Source: a virus (lineage: Duplodnaviria > Caudoviricetes). Taken from it: a stretch of DNA of 57,747 bases. How positions within the stretch are numbered: position 1 is the first letter of the stretch; each line of letters opens with the position of its first letter. The DNA is taken from the IMG/VR virus record IMGVR_UViG_3300044646_000955, positions 1 to 57,747 of that record. One strand, 5' to 3'. Below are positions 1 through 8,713 of the stretch, piece by piece. Made by a program: the position numbers and the translations under genes. The notes beneath the pieces were generated by a model. It ran no database searches and had not been told where the DNA came from. It saw only the letters and a program-made list of their open reading frames with translations.

Positions 1-970
1 CGGGCGTAGACGCCCCGTTCCCTGTGAGCGCAGGGAGCGCCAGGAACTTCGTCCCTTCCGTCCCGAGGATGTCAAGGGCGGCCGAGTCGGGCGTCGAGGC
101 GTAGGAGCCCGAGACCCCGGGCAGGAATAGCGCGGTGGTTCCGTCAACGATCCGGGTTGTCAATCCCGTCAACGACACGGAGAGTTGCGACGCCGACTGA
201 TCGGTGAAGACCGTGGTGCCGATGGGCAGCGTCGCAACGTTGGCGTCGAAGACCGGCGTGCCAGCGATGCCGTTGAGGATCCGAAGGCGGTAGAGGTCGT
301 GGCGGAGCGCGTTGCTGACGTTCTGTCCGCCGATCTCCATGAAAGCCGTGCCAGCGAAGATGTTGCTCCCCGCTGCGACCGTTACGGTCGCCCCTAGGGG
401 CGTCCAGGTCGTCGGGATGGACGGCGAATCGGGGGCAGTGAAGAAGGACGTCACCCCGGTAGCGGCGACTCGCGTGACTCGGATCCATCCCGCCGACCCG
501 TCCACGAACGGGACCGATACCGTCGAGGAGCCCGAGAAGGAGTTCGACCCCGTTGACGACATGACGAAGGTAACAACGCCCGTCGAGGCGAGAGCCACGC
601 CATAGGAGAGATTCGCCGTCGCCCAGCGACCGAAGAACGTGCCGGTCAGGGTCGGCGTCCAGTCCGGGCACCGGGCCCGGATCTGGAACTCGACGTCCCC
701 GGTCACTCGCAACGGGGGAGCGTCCGCAACGAGCGCCCGATGACCGGACAGTCCATTGAACGTGATGAACCGCTCGGCCTCAACGCCGAGCAGGCTCATG
801 GAGTCGGCATAGGGGACGCTGACGTAGTTACCGGCCGAGCCCGGCAGGTACACGGCGTTGCCGTCGTCGGCGTTGACCAGCTTTGGGGCGTTGGTGTTCG
901 GCCCGAGGGACGAACCGTAGCGGGCGTTGAGCGCCGCTCCACCGGCCCCGAGATTCTCGGCGAACGACAC
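1..970 (-). CDS. 5' part of giant LamG/concanavalin-like repeat virion protein (runs off left edge)
   Basis: GTG at 970 after GGAGGGG; hand translation gives MSFAENLGAGGAALNARYGSS...YASTPDSAALDI, the same motifs as 52800..57747; absent from ORF track because no stop lies in the window. Confidence 0.8.
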   Translation of the reverse strand, partial: MSFAENLGAGGAALNARYGSSLGPNTNAPKLVNADDGNAVYLPGSAGNYVSVPYADSMSLLGVEAERFITFNGLSGHRALVADAPPLRVTGDVEFQIRARCPDWTPTLTGTFFGRWATANLSYGVALASTGVVTFVMSSTGSNSFSGSSTVSVPFVDGSAGWIRVTRVAATGVTSFFTAPDSPSIPTTWTPLGATVTVAAGSNIFAGTAFMEIGGQNVSNALRHDLYRLRILNGIAGTPVFDANVATLPIGTTVFTDQSASQLSVSLTGLTTRIVDGTTALFLPGVSGSYASTPDSAALDILGTEGTKFLALPALTGNGASTP

Positions 971-973
971 GCT

Positions 974-1039
974 CTACCCCTCCGGCGGCGGTGGCGGGCA
1001 AGGTCTAAGGGGCAGGGCGAGCCCTAGCCCGAGTCCCAT
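974..1039 (-). CDS. 21-aa peptide MGLGLGLALPLRPCPPPPPEG, in frame with the downstream giant gene
   Basis: ATG overlaps the upstream stop (TGATG); TAG at 976..974. Confidence 0.4.
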   Translation of the reverse strand: MGLGLGLALPLRPCPPPPPEG

Positions 1040-1851
1040 CATCCCGCCCCGGCGGAGCCGCAACCTAGGGAGATCTCAGCCCCGATGGTGACACAATCCC
1101 ACCCGAGCGCGTAGTCTCGCTGCGCCACGATCGAGACATCGTTGAGGGCGAGGTCGACGGCGTTCTCCCGCGTGTCGATATCACCGCGATACATCACGAG
1201 CGGTCCGGTGCCGAAGATGGCAGCCGTGTCGCCCTGCACCGCCTGGAGGGCGTCGTAGCCTCCACCGGCCACCACCGGCGTGCCGAGGAGCGTTCGCAAC
1301 ACTCCGCCGTCAGGGCGGAGGTAGAGTCCGAGCGCCGTAGCGGCGAGGCGACTCATGTGAATGACGCCCTGCGACCCGTACTGCTCGGCAAGCGCCTGCT
1401 CCATCCACCCGAGCCCAACCCAGCCCGGGACGGACGTGAGGGACGTGGGCACGGGAGTTGCGGCGACGAACCGGGACCAGAGCACGGACTCGACCGCAGC
1501 CTGCTCCCCGTTCGTGAGTCGAGCAACGGCGTTCGCCTCATGCTGCCTGACGGTCCGGCCAGGCAGCGCGTCGGTGTTGAAGGCGTAGACGGTGAAGGGC
1601 TCGAACTGGAAGAGGTTGCACTCCCGGTTTGACTCAAGGGGCCCTACCTCCGGGTCGATGCAAGGCCCGGAGGTCACGAGAGCATCACGACACGCCTCGG
1701 AGATCCACTCGATCCCTAGGCGCCAGTGCTCATCGGGCGCGAGGTCCACGCCCGTAGCGGTCCTCGGCTCCGCTACCGAGAACACGCCGAAGCGGTAGGG
1801 GACGACAGGGGGCGCCGCTACTTCATGCCACGCATTGAGGGACGTTCCCAT
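1039..1851 (-). CDS. Second capsid protein (pentamer-type, as in cluster B-like actinophages)
   Basis: Directly after major capsid; AGGAAAG RBS; FEPFTVYA...EQAAVE motif. Confidence 0.65.
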   Translation of the reverse strand: MGTSLNAWHEVAAPPVVPYRFGVFSVAEPRTATGVDLAPDEHWRLGIEWISEACRDALVTSGPCIDPEVGPLESNRECNLFQFEPFTVYAFNTDALPGRTVRQHEANAVARLTNGEQAAVESVLWSRFVAATPVPTSLTSVPGWVGLGWMEQALAEQYGSQGVIHMSRLAATALGLYLRPDGGVLRTLLGTPVVAGGGYDALQAVQGDTAAIFGTGPLVMYRGDIDTRENAVDLALNDVSIVAQRDYALGWDCVTIGAEISLGCGSAGAG

Positions 1852-1893
1852 GCTTTCCTCCTACCGCTCCGGGGTGTGTCTAACGGGGCCCGC

Positions 1894-3549
1894 TCACTCG
1901 GCGGGAGGGATCTCGCAGCACCCGGTGACGCCATCCACGGCGAAGTTCACCGTTACCTCACGAGCCGCCGGGCCAAGCTGAGCGACGAGGTACAACTGCT
2001 CGGTCCATGCGGCCGTGTAGTCGTTCGTGGCGTTGAGCACGGAGTCGCGCACAATGCCGAGGTCGATCACGCCGCCGTCGCCGCGCACGTAGCCGCCCGC
2101 CGGGTAGAGCAGGAAGTCCATCGCGGTAGGCCACGTGGTTCGCGGGCCCACCCCGAAGAGCGGCTGGTAGTCGTGGACGAACTGCGGCCGGATCTTCCGG
2201 GTCGCGAAGTGAGCGTCAACCTGGGCATCCGTCACGTTAGTGATGTCGGCCCCCTCGCGCATGGCGAAGTCCGCCCGGAGCAGCGCCCGGGTCCACAACG
2301 GGAAGATCGCCTCAAGGATCGTGCCGACGCCCATGCGGTACTGCGACCGGTAGTCCTCCACCTGGAGGTCGATCGCGTTGAGGATCGAGCCGACTGCCGA
2401 CGTGGGGTAGGCGCCGATGGTCACGCCGGTGGCCGAGCCCGAGATGTCCGAGATGATGGCGCCCGACATCCGGTGGAGGTGGGCATTCATCGTCAGGTCC
2501 AGGAACCGGACGGTGAGTTCCGGGAAGGACCGGTCGGTGAGGTTGCCGTTGGTCACGCAGAGGCCCTCGGCCACGAGCCGGTAGTCCGTGAAGCTCGGGC
2601 AGGGGATGCGGAGGCAGGGCTTCGACCCCTCCGGGTTCTCCGGATCGTGAGCGGCGATGTCGTCCGCCTCGGTCCACGTCCAGAGAGCGCCGCTTGCGTC
2701 GTTGATCCCGAGGAAGTCGGGCACGTTCACGCCGCCACGAGTCACCTGAATGGTCGGGAGGTCGATGAGACCGTCGGCAGCATCGACGCCGAAGAGGGAG
2801 TAGATGTTGTTCGACGGAGCGCACCAGCCGCCAGCGGCGACGAGGTTGCCCTGATGCCTCACCCGCTCGATCACGTCGAGGTTGTGAGCCACCTCTGCGC
2901 CGACCTTGCGGTCCTCGGCGTAGGGGATCTCGAACCGGGCGATCGGCACTCGGGGCAGCCGGTCGCGAAGGGCTCGCGCCTTGTCGTGCATGGCTCGGAC
3001 CACGGTCATCTTGTCGATGCGCTGACCGGTCGCAACGCCCGGCACGTCCGCAGCGGCGATGATGGTCAGTTCCGGGGAGGCGGCCGGGACGGCGGGCGGC
3101 GGAGCGTAGGACCGGACACCGCGAGCGGAGGGGCGGCGGGGGGCGGTCGGGGCCGCGGCGGTAACCGCAACCGGCGGAGCGGTGGTCACGGCAACGGACT
3201 CCTCCTGAGCCGCAGCGACGGCGACGGGCTCCTCGGTGATGGGCTCTGCGGCGGCGACGGGCTCTTCCTCGGTCGCCGGGGTCTCTTCCTCGGCGGGCGC
3301 CGCCGTGGTGGCTGCGCGAATCCGCTCGGCCAGCAGGGCGACCTGCTCGGCGGCGAGAGCGGCGGCTTCCTCGCGCGTGGCGATCTCGCCCTGCACGGTC
3401 TCGACGGCCTCGGCGATCTCGGTCATGAGCACGATGTCGGTCGAGCCCTCGTCGTGGAGACGATCGAACTCGGCGATGAGGGATTCAAGGGTGGACGCCA
3501 GTTCCTCGTCGGGAAGGGCGGTCAAGTCCTGCGGCACGCTGGTTTCCAT
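1894..3549 (-). CDS. Major capsid protein (hexamer-type) with N-terminal scaffold-like coiled coil
   Basis: LVAAGGWCAPS..IY, IDLPTIQVTRGG, KPCLRIPCP motifs; AGGAGG RBS. Confidence 0.85.
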   Translation of the reverse strand: METSVPQDLTALPDEELASTLESLIAEFDRLHDEGSTDIVLMTEIAEAVETVQGEIATREEAAALAAEQVALLAERIRAATTAAPAEEETPATEEEPVAAAEPITEEPVAVAAAQEESVAVTTAPPVAVTAAAPTAPRRPSARGVRSYAPPPAVPAASPELTIIAAADVPGVATGQRIDKMTVVRAMHDKARALRDRLPRVPIARFEIPYAEDRKVGAEVAHNLDVIERVRHQGNLVAAGGWCAPSNNIYSLFGVDAADGLIDLPTIQVTRGGVNVPDFLGINDASGALWTWTEADDIAAHDPENPEGSKPCLRIPCPSFTDYRLVAEGLCVTNGNLTDRSFPELTVRFLDLTMNAHLHRMSGAIISDISGSATGVTIGAYPTSAVGSILNAIDLQVEDYRSQYRMGVGTILEAIFPLWTRALLRADFAMREGADITNVTDAQVDAHFATRKIRPQFVHDYQPLFGVGPRTTWPTAMDFLLYPAGGYVRGDGGVIDLGIVRDSVLNATNDYTAAWTEQLYLVAQLGPAAREVTVNFAVDGVTGCCEIPPAE

Positions 3550-3652
3550 GCCGGGCCTCCTCTTGTTAGAGTCTGAGTGGGGGAAGTGCTGAGCGAGGCC
3601 CGCACGGCTTGGATGCGGCGCTAGGCAGCCGCGAGTGGGACGGTAACACGTC

Positions 3653-3814
3653 CTACGCGTTGGAGCGAACTTCTCCGCTCACGCGCTCGGCGTAGGTCCT
3701 TGCGTTCACAAGAGACGTAAAGGCCCGGCCGGTGAACACGCCGTCCTTCCACACCTCAAAGGGCATCAGGCCGATGCCCTGCGCCTTCCGGTTCTTGCCG
3801 CAACCGCAACCCAT
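3653..3814 (-). CDS. 53-aa protein starting MGCGCGKNR (small head-region protein)
   Basis: Hand-translated ORF; TAGGCT-6nt-ATG leaderless start. Confidence 0.65.
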   Translation of the reverse strand: MGCGCGKNRKAQGIGLMPFEVWKDGVFTGRAFTSLVNARTYAERVSGEVRSNA

Positions 3815-3850
3815 GAGCGAAGCCTAGCCTGCCGTCTCACCTCGGGCCCA

Positions 3851-3946
3851 CAAAGGGAGATCCCCGCCCTAAGCCTTTGCTCGGGGCGGGGATCTCGGGG
3901 GGCTAGCAGCGGGGCACTTCTTTGGGGCTAGCAGCGCACTTCTTCG
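3851..3946 (-). ncRNA. Candidate small RNA with two tandem AAGAAGTGC(CC)CGCTGCTAGCCCC units
   Basis: Own promoter upstream, long hairpin plus TTT downstream, no ATG at +1. Confidence 0.45.
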
Positions 3947-3981
3947 CTTCTGATAGTAGTGGACCTAGGGCGTCGTGTCAA
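3947..3981 (-). promoter_or_regulatory. sigma70-type promoter TTGACA-17-TACTAT
   Basis: Consensus -35 and TANNNT -10. Confidence 0.65.
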
Positions 3982-3990
3982 CTCCTGTCG

Positions 3991-4221
3991 CTAGAACCAC
4001 CCCTCGTCGGACCGGTCGTCCTCCATGCGGGGGCCGAGATCCGCCACGAACTCCTCCCGGAGCACGTCGCCGATCGCCTCTTCGAGATTCCCCGGCAGCG
4101 ACTCTCCGGCGAATCCCACGGCACGCCACGAGCGGCGTCCCTCCCCGATGCGGACGACAACGCCCATCGGGCGCCCGGCGTTGTCCCGGACCTCGATCAT
4201 CTCGGCGGTGTTCGTGCTCAT
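3991..4221 (-). CDS. Leaderless cassette protein, 76 aa (MSTNTAEM...)
   Basis: ATG 6 nt after TATACT of the conserved promoter. Confidence 0.75.
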   Translation of the reverse strand: MSTNTAEMIEVRDNAGRPMGVVVRIGEGRRSWRAVGFAGESLPGNLEEAIGDVLREEFVADLGPRMEDDRSDEGWF

Positions 4222-4255
4222 GTCTCTAGTATACACGATCCCGGAACGGGGTCAA
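4222..4255 (-). promoter_or_regulatory. Class-1 cassette promoter
   Basis: TTGACC-CCGTTCCGGGATCGTG-TATACT-AGAGAC-ATG. Confidence 0.85.
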
Positions 4256-4272
4256 CCCTGGAGGTGAAGTTT

Positions 4273-4539
4273 CTACGGAGAGCCGTGCGCGCTGCCGTAG
4301 GCGGGAGTGAGGACCCCCATCCATCCCGACGGGTGCTCTCGCAGTTCTAACTCCTGGTCAAGCTCCCACGCTGCTTCGACCAGGCAGGCCGCCACCTCGT
4401 CAATCTCGCTTGCCTGAAAGGGTTCGCCGTAGCTCAAGGAGACTCGCCCGGTCCCGTCGATCGCCTCCCGGATGGCGCGCCGGGCGTAGGCGCGTCGGGC
4501 GCCGTCGTTCGCGAACAGCCAGAGGGGGTTAGGCGCCAC
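4273..4539 (-). CDS. Hypothetical protein
   Basis: ORF with GTG overlapping the end of the RHH gene. Confidence 0.5.
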   Translation of the reverse strand: MAPNPLWLFANDGARRAYARRAIREAIDGTGRVSLSYGEPFQASEIDEVAACLVEAAWELDQELELREHPSGWMGVLTPAYGSAHGSP

Positions 4540-4672
4540 GGCCGAGGAACTCCCTAAGCGCACGCTCGATGAGCTTGCTCTTGCTAAGGCCCCGTTCCTC
4601 GGCTTCCTCGTTGAGCCGCTTGGCTAGGTCGTGGGGGAGGCGCGCCTGCACGGCAATCCGGTCGCGTTGCAT
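4529..4672 (-). CDS. Ribbon-helix-helix (CopG/Arc-like) DNA-binding protein, 47 aa
   Basis: MQRDRIAVQARLPHDLAKRLNEEAEERGLSKSKLIERALREFL; TAGGAT-6nt-ATG. Confidence 0.75.
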   Translation of the reverse strand: MQRDRIAVQARLPHDLAKRLNEEAEERGLSKSKLIERALREFLGRGA

Positions 4673-4681
4673 CGCCCGATC

Positions 4682-4948
4682 CTAGGCGCCGAGGGCGCGA
4701 AGGTGGCCGAGCGTGAGCAACTCGGCGTGAAGCTCTTCGATGGTCTCGGCGACTTCCCAGACCATGCGGTCGGCTCGCTCGCCCTCGTAGGCGTTGCCGA
4801 AGGTCTCGGCAACCTCGCGGATCCTGCGGTACATCTCGATCTCCTTCTCCGCCGACTCGATCTGGCGGAGGATCGCCTGTGTGCGGATCGCCTCAAGGCG
4901 TCCCGCCTGCCGCCGGTTCATCTCTCGGATGTAGGTCTTTGCGCTCAT
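4682..4948 (-). CDS. Leaderless cassette protein, 88 aa
   Basis: ATG 6 nt after TATACT. Confidence 0.75.
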   Translation of the reverse strand: MSAKTYIREMNRRQAGRLEAIRTQAILRQIESAEKEIEMYRRIREVAETFGNAYEGERADRMVWEVAETIEELHAELLTLGHLRALGA

Positions 4949-4982
4949 GTCCCTAGTATACACGATCCCGGCACGACGTCAA
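4949..4982 (-). promoter_or_regulatory. Class-1 cassette promoter
   Basis: TTGACG-TCGTGCCGGGATCGTG-TATACT. Confidence 0.85.
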
Positions 4983-5048
4983 GCCGGAGGGCGGGAGTCG
5001 TCCCCGAAGAAACTTTTCCGGATTTTCCGGATTTTTCTTGTTCTGGGG

Positions 5049-5083
5049 TTGACGGCGTTTCGGGTTCATGTATACTTACCTAC
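5049..5083 (+). promoter_or_regulatory. Class-1 cassette promoter, divergent from 4949-4982
   Basis: TTGACG-GCGTTTCGGGTTCATG-TATACT. Confidence 0.8.
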
Positions 5084-5413
5084 ATGAGCACGAACGCCAC
5101 CAACACCAACACCACCGCCGCCGCCGCCTTCGCCGCCTTCCTCGGCGCCGAGGCGCAGGGCTTCCTGACGTTCGTCGACAAGAACGGGATCTTCTTCGAG
5201 AAGGACGCCATCGTGGTGGAGTGCATCGAGCACCTCGGGGCGAAGTTCGAGGTGTGGGCCGGGTGGGAGGAGGAGGGTCAGGAGACCTTCGCAGTGGTGA
5301 TCTGCCACACCTTCGAGGGGTGGGACATCGAGGAGGAAACGGTGTGGTGGGAGGAGGAGACCACCAACCTCGCCACGGAGGCGGACTTCAAGATGTTCTT
5401 CCGGCAGGTCTGA
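5084..5413 (+). CDS. Leaderless, very acidic 109-aa protein
   Basis: MSTNATNT...; about 21 D/E versus 5 K/R by hand count. Confidence 0.8.
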   Translation: MSTNATNTNTTAAAAFAAFLGAEAQGFLTFVDKNGIFFEKDAIVVECIEHLGAKFEVWAGWEEEGQETFAVVICHTFEGWDIEEETVWWEEETTNLATEADFKMFFRQV

Positions 5414-5472
5414 GGGACCCCGCCCGGGAGGGCGCAAGCCCTCCCGGGCGACAACAGGACAAGGAGAGAGCG

Positions 5473-5637
5473 ATGACCAACGGCGGCAACGGCGGCAACA
5501 AGGACCGCAAGGCGAAGATCCTCGCCGAGCGGATGGGCAACGGGGAATGCACGTTCTGCGGGCCCCGGGTCGGGTGCAACGGCAACCGCAACGGCGTTCG
5601 GAAGCCCCGCCACCCGAAGACGAAGGCGAAGAAGTAG
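5473..5637 (+). CDS. Basic Cys-containing 54-aa protein
   Basis: AAGGAG RBS; CTFC...GC motif. Confidence 0.6.
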   Translation: MTNGGNGGNKDRKAKILAERMGNGECTFCGPRVGCNGNRNGVRKPRHPKTKAKK

Positions 5638-5638
5638 C

Positions 5639-5668
5639 GAATCGGCCCGGGGCTCCCCGGGCCGATTC
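5639..5668. terminator. Hairpin between convergent genes
   Basis: GAATCGGCCCGGGG-CT-CCCCGGGCCGATTC. Confidence 0.7.
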
Positions 5669-5670
5669 TC

Positions 5671-7563
5671 TTATCGGGCGAGGGCGGCAGCCACGCGAGA
5701 GGCGAGAGCCGCCCGCCGTTGCGCGTGACTCCGGCCGATCGTCGCCGCGATCCGCTCAACGGCGCGACTCAGGCCCGGATCAGAAGCCGGGCCCGGAACG
5801 GCTACCTCCGCAGAGACGGAGCGCTCTACCGGCAGCGAGGCAACGACCGAGGCGACGAGCCCGTCGCGCATGCCGACTCGCAGCTTGCCGAACCCCGGGA
5901 CGTTGACGGCGAGCACGGCGACCAGTTCAAGGCTCGCACCGATCCGCCGCCAGTCGCCGCTAACGTCGGACGCCATGAGCGCCCGGATGCGCTCGGGGGC
6001 GACGTCCGGCCGAAGGGCTCCGGCGATCCAGATTCCGTGCTCGTCTTCTCCGGCGCGAACATCCACGACGGCGGCGCCCGTGTGGTCGTAGTGCGCCGCC
6101 GCGCTCGAAGCGGAGTCGGCGATGGGGGCGTGCCCGGTGTCCATCGTGACCTGACCGACCGCGACTCGACTGGAGTCGCTGCACACGAGTTCGCCCGTAT
6201 GGAAGTGGGCGTAGTTCGACGCGCTCGCGGGAGGGGTCACGCAGGTCTCGGAGAACCCGATGTGACAGGTCGTCCAGGTGGCGACGTGCCCGAAGACCCT
6301 TCCCTCGTCGGTGATCGTGATGGGGGTGGGGCCCGACAACTCCGGATTGCCGAACCAGTCGGAGGGCGGCAGGAGAGGCGCCTTGACCGGGTGGAGGGAG
6401 GCGACGATGGAGCCCTGCTCCCGTCGTGCCGTCATCTGGCGCTGGACCTTCTCCGCCCACGTCCGGCCGGGGTCGCCGCCCCAGAGGGCCCATGCGATCC
6501 GGCCCGCCGAGGGGAACCCGTCCTCGCCGGGGCTCCAGCCGACCCCTTGCTTGTCCACCTCGTGGCGCGCGAAGTACGACGCCATGCGGGTGATCGTGCT
6601 CGGCGAGAGGTTGCGCCCGTTGGCGATGTCGCGCGCTCGAGCGACGCCGACAGCGGTGCCGCCGCGTCCGTGCTCTTCGCGCCAGCGCAGGCCGCGCTCC
6701 GCCTCGGCCCTCGCCCCGGCGGGAGGGGAGAAGTCGATGTCATCGAGAGACCGGAACGTCCACACGATTCCGCCGGTCGCCTTGCGCTCGACGGCGAGGG
6801 CGGCAGCAACGACGGCGAGCCCCTCAATGTACGCCTCAGCGAAGGCGGGGAAGGGGACGACCGTAGCGCCCATCACCCGAGCGAACGTGACCTTGATCCG
6901 CTGGTAGTCCGCCGACATGCGGATAGACCCGTCCTCGTCAATCTCCGGGTCGGAGTCGTCCGCGTCGGGCCCGATGCCGTCGGCGGGGAGGATGATGTCG
7001 TAGAGCAGCATGTCAAGGTCCGCGCTGATGCCCCGTAGCGCGCCGTCTCGGATCAACTGCTGGAGGCGCAGCACCTCTTCGTCCTCAGATGCGACGAACG
7101 TCCCCCACGCGTGAATCTGTCGCCCCATGCGCTCGATGCGGGTAATGTTGCCCACAAGGATCGCGTCAGTGTGCCCGTCCGTCGTGCGGTCGGTAGCCAT
7201 GAGCGGGAGGGGCAGGGTCCGCCACGTGAGGGCTCCCTCCTCAATCCACCGCCCGTCGCCCGTCCAGATCCCTTCCACGATGACCAGCGCGTGGAAGTCC
7301 TCGGGGCCCATCGGCTCTACCCCGGGCGGCTCCTCAACCTCCGCAACGGGGAGGCCCGTGACGTCGTCGAGCCCATCGCCGTCCAGGTCGGCAAGCTGAG
7401 TGCCGGGGAGGGGATCTGGAAGCGACTCGTCCATCACGGTCATGCGGATCACGGTGGTGGCTCCTATCTGGCGTTCAAGGGCGGCGCAGTAGCCCTCCGG
7501 GCTCGCCTTGTCCTGATTGCTTGCCACGCAATCGGCGAAGTCTCGGTAGGGGCCAAGGGGCAC
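5671..7563 (-). CDS. Capsid maturation protease with an internal inserted domain
   Basis: EGIWTGDGR, LPLPLM, GISADLD, ATVVPFPAF, GRVFGHVATW.TCHIG, SGDWR motifs; position between MuF and capsid. Confidence 0.75.
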   Translation of the reverse strand: MPLGPYRDFADCVASNQDKASPEGYCAALERQIGATTVIRMTVMDESLPDPLPGTQLADLDGDGLDDVTGLPVAEVEEPPGVEPMGPEDFHALVIVEGIWTGDGRWIEEGALTWRTLPLPLMATDRTTDGHTDAILVGNITRIERMGRQIHAWGTFVASEDEEVLRLQQLIRDGALRGISADLDMLLYDIILPADGIGPDADDSDPEIDEDGSIRMSADYQRIKVTFARVMGATVVPFPAFAEAYIEGLAVVAAALAVERKATGGIVWTFRSLDDIDFSPPAGARAEAERGLRWREEHGRGGTAVGVARARDIANGRNLSPSTITRMASYFARHEVDKQGVGWSPGEDGFPSAGRIAWALWGGDPGRTWAEKVQRQMTARREQGSIVASLHPVKAPLLPPSDWFGNPELSGPTPITITDEGRVFGHVATWTTCHIGFSETCVTPPASASNYAHFHTGELVCSDSSRVAVGQVTMDTGHAPIADSASSAAAHYDHTGAAVVDVRAGEDEHGIWIAGALRPDVAPERIRALMASDVSGDWRRIGASLELVAVLAVNVPGFGKLRVGMRDGLVASVVASLPVERSVSAEVAVPGPASDPGLSRAVERIAATIGRSHAQRRAALASRVAAALAR

Positions 7564-7611
7564 GCCGGAACGCTAGCACCCTGCCTAAGTCCCTGCCGCA
7601 AAGTGGGAGGA

Positions 7612-7770
7612 GGTAAAGCCTAAGCGCTTAGGCTTCGCCTCTTTCCGTCTCTTGGGCCAGCCATGAGTGTGTCTGGCTCCCGGCGGCTTGTTCGTCATCC
7701 ATCTTGTTCTTCCTACCCTCGTTTCCCTCGTAGGTGTGGGGAGCATCTTCTCTGCGCTTCCCCTTGGGGT
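7612..7770 (-). ncRNA. Structured RNA or leader, copy 1 (may encode 24-aa peptide 7628..7702)
   Basis: Class-1 promoter with no ATG at +1; 71-nt block shared with 11749..11819; ends at hairpin 7615-7636. Confidence 0.55.
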
Positions 7771-7804
7771 GTCCTCAGTATACACGATCCCGGAACGGGG
7801 TCAA
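7771..7804 (-). promoter_or_regulatory. Class-1 promoter
   Basis: TTGACC-CCGTTCCGGGATCGTG-TATACT. Confidence 0.85.
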
Positions 7805-7858
7805 GCCGGAAAAGGAAGATTCTCTGAGATTCTTAGAGAATCTTCCGCCGGGGGCGAA

Positions 7859-8713
7859 CTAGGGCGACTCGGGGTCCTCGTCGGCCTCAAGGTCGGGCCC
7901 CGAGTCGGCAGCGGGGACGGTCGTTCCGTCCGGCAGCGTGTCGCCCGGGTAGTAGTAGAGCAGGTCGCAGCGGCAGTTGACGACGTTCCCCGCCGACCCG
8001 CTCGGGTCCATCGGGTAGAGGAGATCTTCCCCGTCCACGTTGAACGGCTCATCGAAGGGGACGACCGTCCCGGAGACGTCCAGGTGGGACTCGCGTGACC
8101 GAGCGTCACCGGCGGCAAGCCACTCCTTGTGCGTCGCCCCGTATTCCCCCAACGCCTGCTCTCCTCGGTAGGCGCCCCCGACGAAGGCGGCGTTTATCTC
8201 CGTGCGCGCGATGGTGTCGGCACGAAACTCGGAGAACCGGGTAAGGCGCTCCACCTCGCCCTTGAGATCTTCCGTGCCCATGCCCCGCTCAAGGGCACGG
8301 ACGACGCCAGCGTTGACGTTCGCCCACACGCCTTGCCCGACGCCGACTAGTCGGTTCTCGGCGCTCAAGGCGTAGTTCCTGGCGTTCTCGTTCGCTACGG
8401 CTAGCCAGTTCTGCGCGGCGGTCACGGGGGCCCTCGTCGCCGCGGGCGAGGAGTTCCACGCCGACACTGCGCCCACCCGGTTCATGCGCTCAAGGACGGG
8501 AGTGAGGTCGAGACGCACGGCGGCGCCCCATTCGATGGGGATCGAGTCAAGGGCGCTCAGGTCGCCGTCGGCCGTGAGGGTGGTGGTGAACCGCTCGTAG
8601 GCGCCGACAACCACGCGACGAAGCACGGCTCGGACGAGGCGAGCGAAGTCCTCCTCTGCATCGAGTCGCCAGCGTTGACGTTCGGCGAGGTCGCTAGGCG
8701 GATCGGAGAGCAT
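7859..8713 (-). CDS. MuF/SPP1 gp7-like minor head protein
   Basis: RADTIARTE, KEWLAAGDARSRESH, YPMDPSG...VNCRC. Confidence 0.9.
   Translation of the reverse strand: MLSDPPSDLAERQRWRLDAEEDFARLVRAVLRRVVVGAYERFTTTLTADGDLSALDSIPIEWGAAVRLDLTPVLERMNRVGAVSAWNSSPAATRAPVTAAQNWLAVANENARNYALSAENRLVGVGQGVWANVNAGVVRALERGMGTEDLKGEVERLTRFSEFRADTIARTEINAAFVGGAYRGEQALGEYGATHKEWLAAGDARSRESHLDVSGTVVPFDEPFNVDGEDLLYPMDPSGSAGNVVNCRCDLLYYYPGDTLPDGTTVPAADSGPDLEADEDPESP

Noticed and set aside
4222-4236. Conserved N-terminal peptide MYTRD/MYTKG in ORF-track proteins
   Set aside because: It is the translated -10 box (GTGTATACT...); the real starts are the downstream ATGs
1726-7038. Long plus-strand ORFs 1726..3576 and 5719..7038, and similar ones elsewhere
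   Set aside because: Antisense shadows of high-GC genes that have clear motifs on the minus strand
7667-7810. Conserved hydrophobic peptide HLVLPTL.SLVGVGSI antisense to the duplicated RNA (type I toxin-like)
   Set aside because: Expected from a pyrimidine-rich antisense strand; the frames run through the promoter and have no shared start or stop
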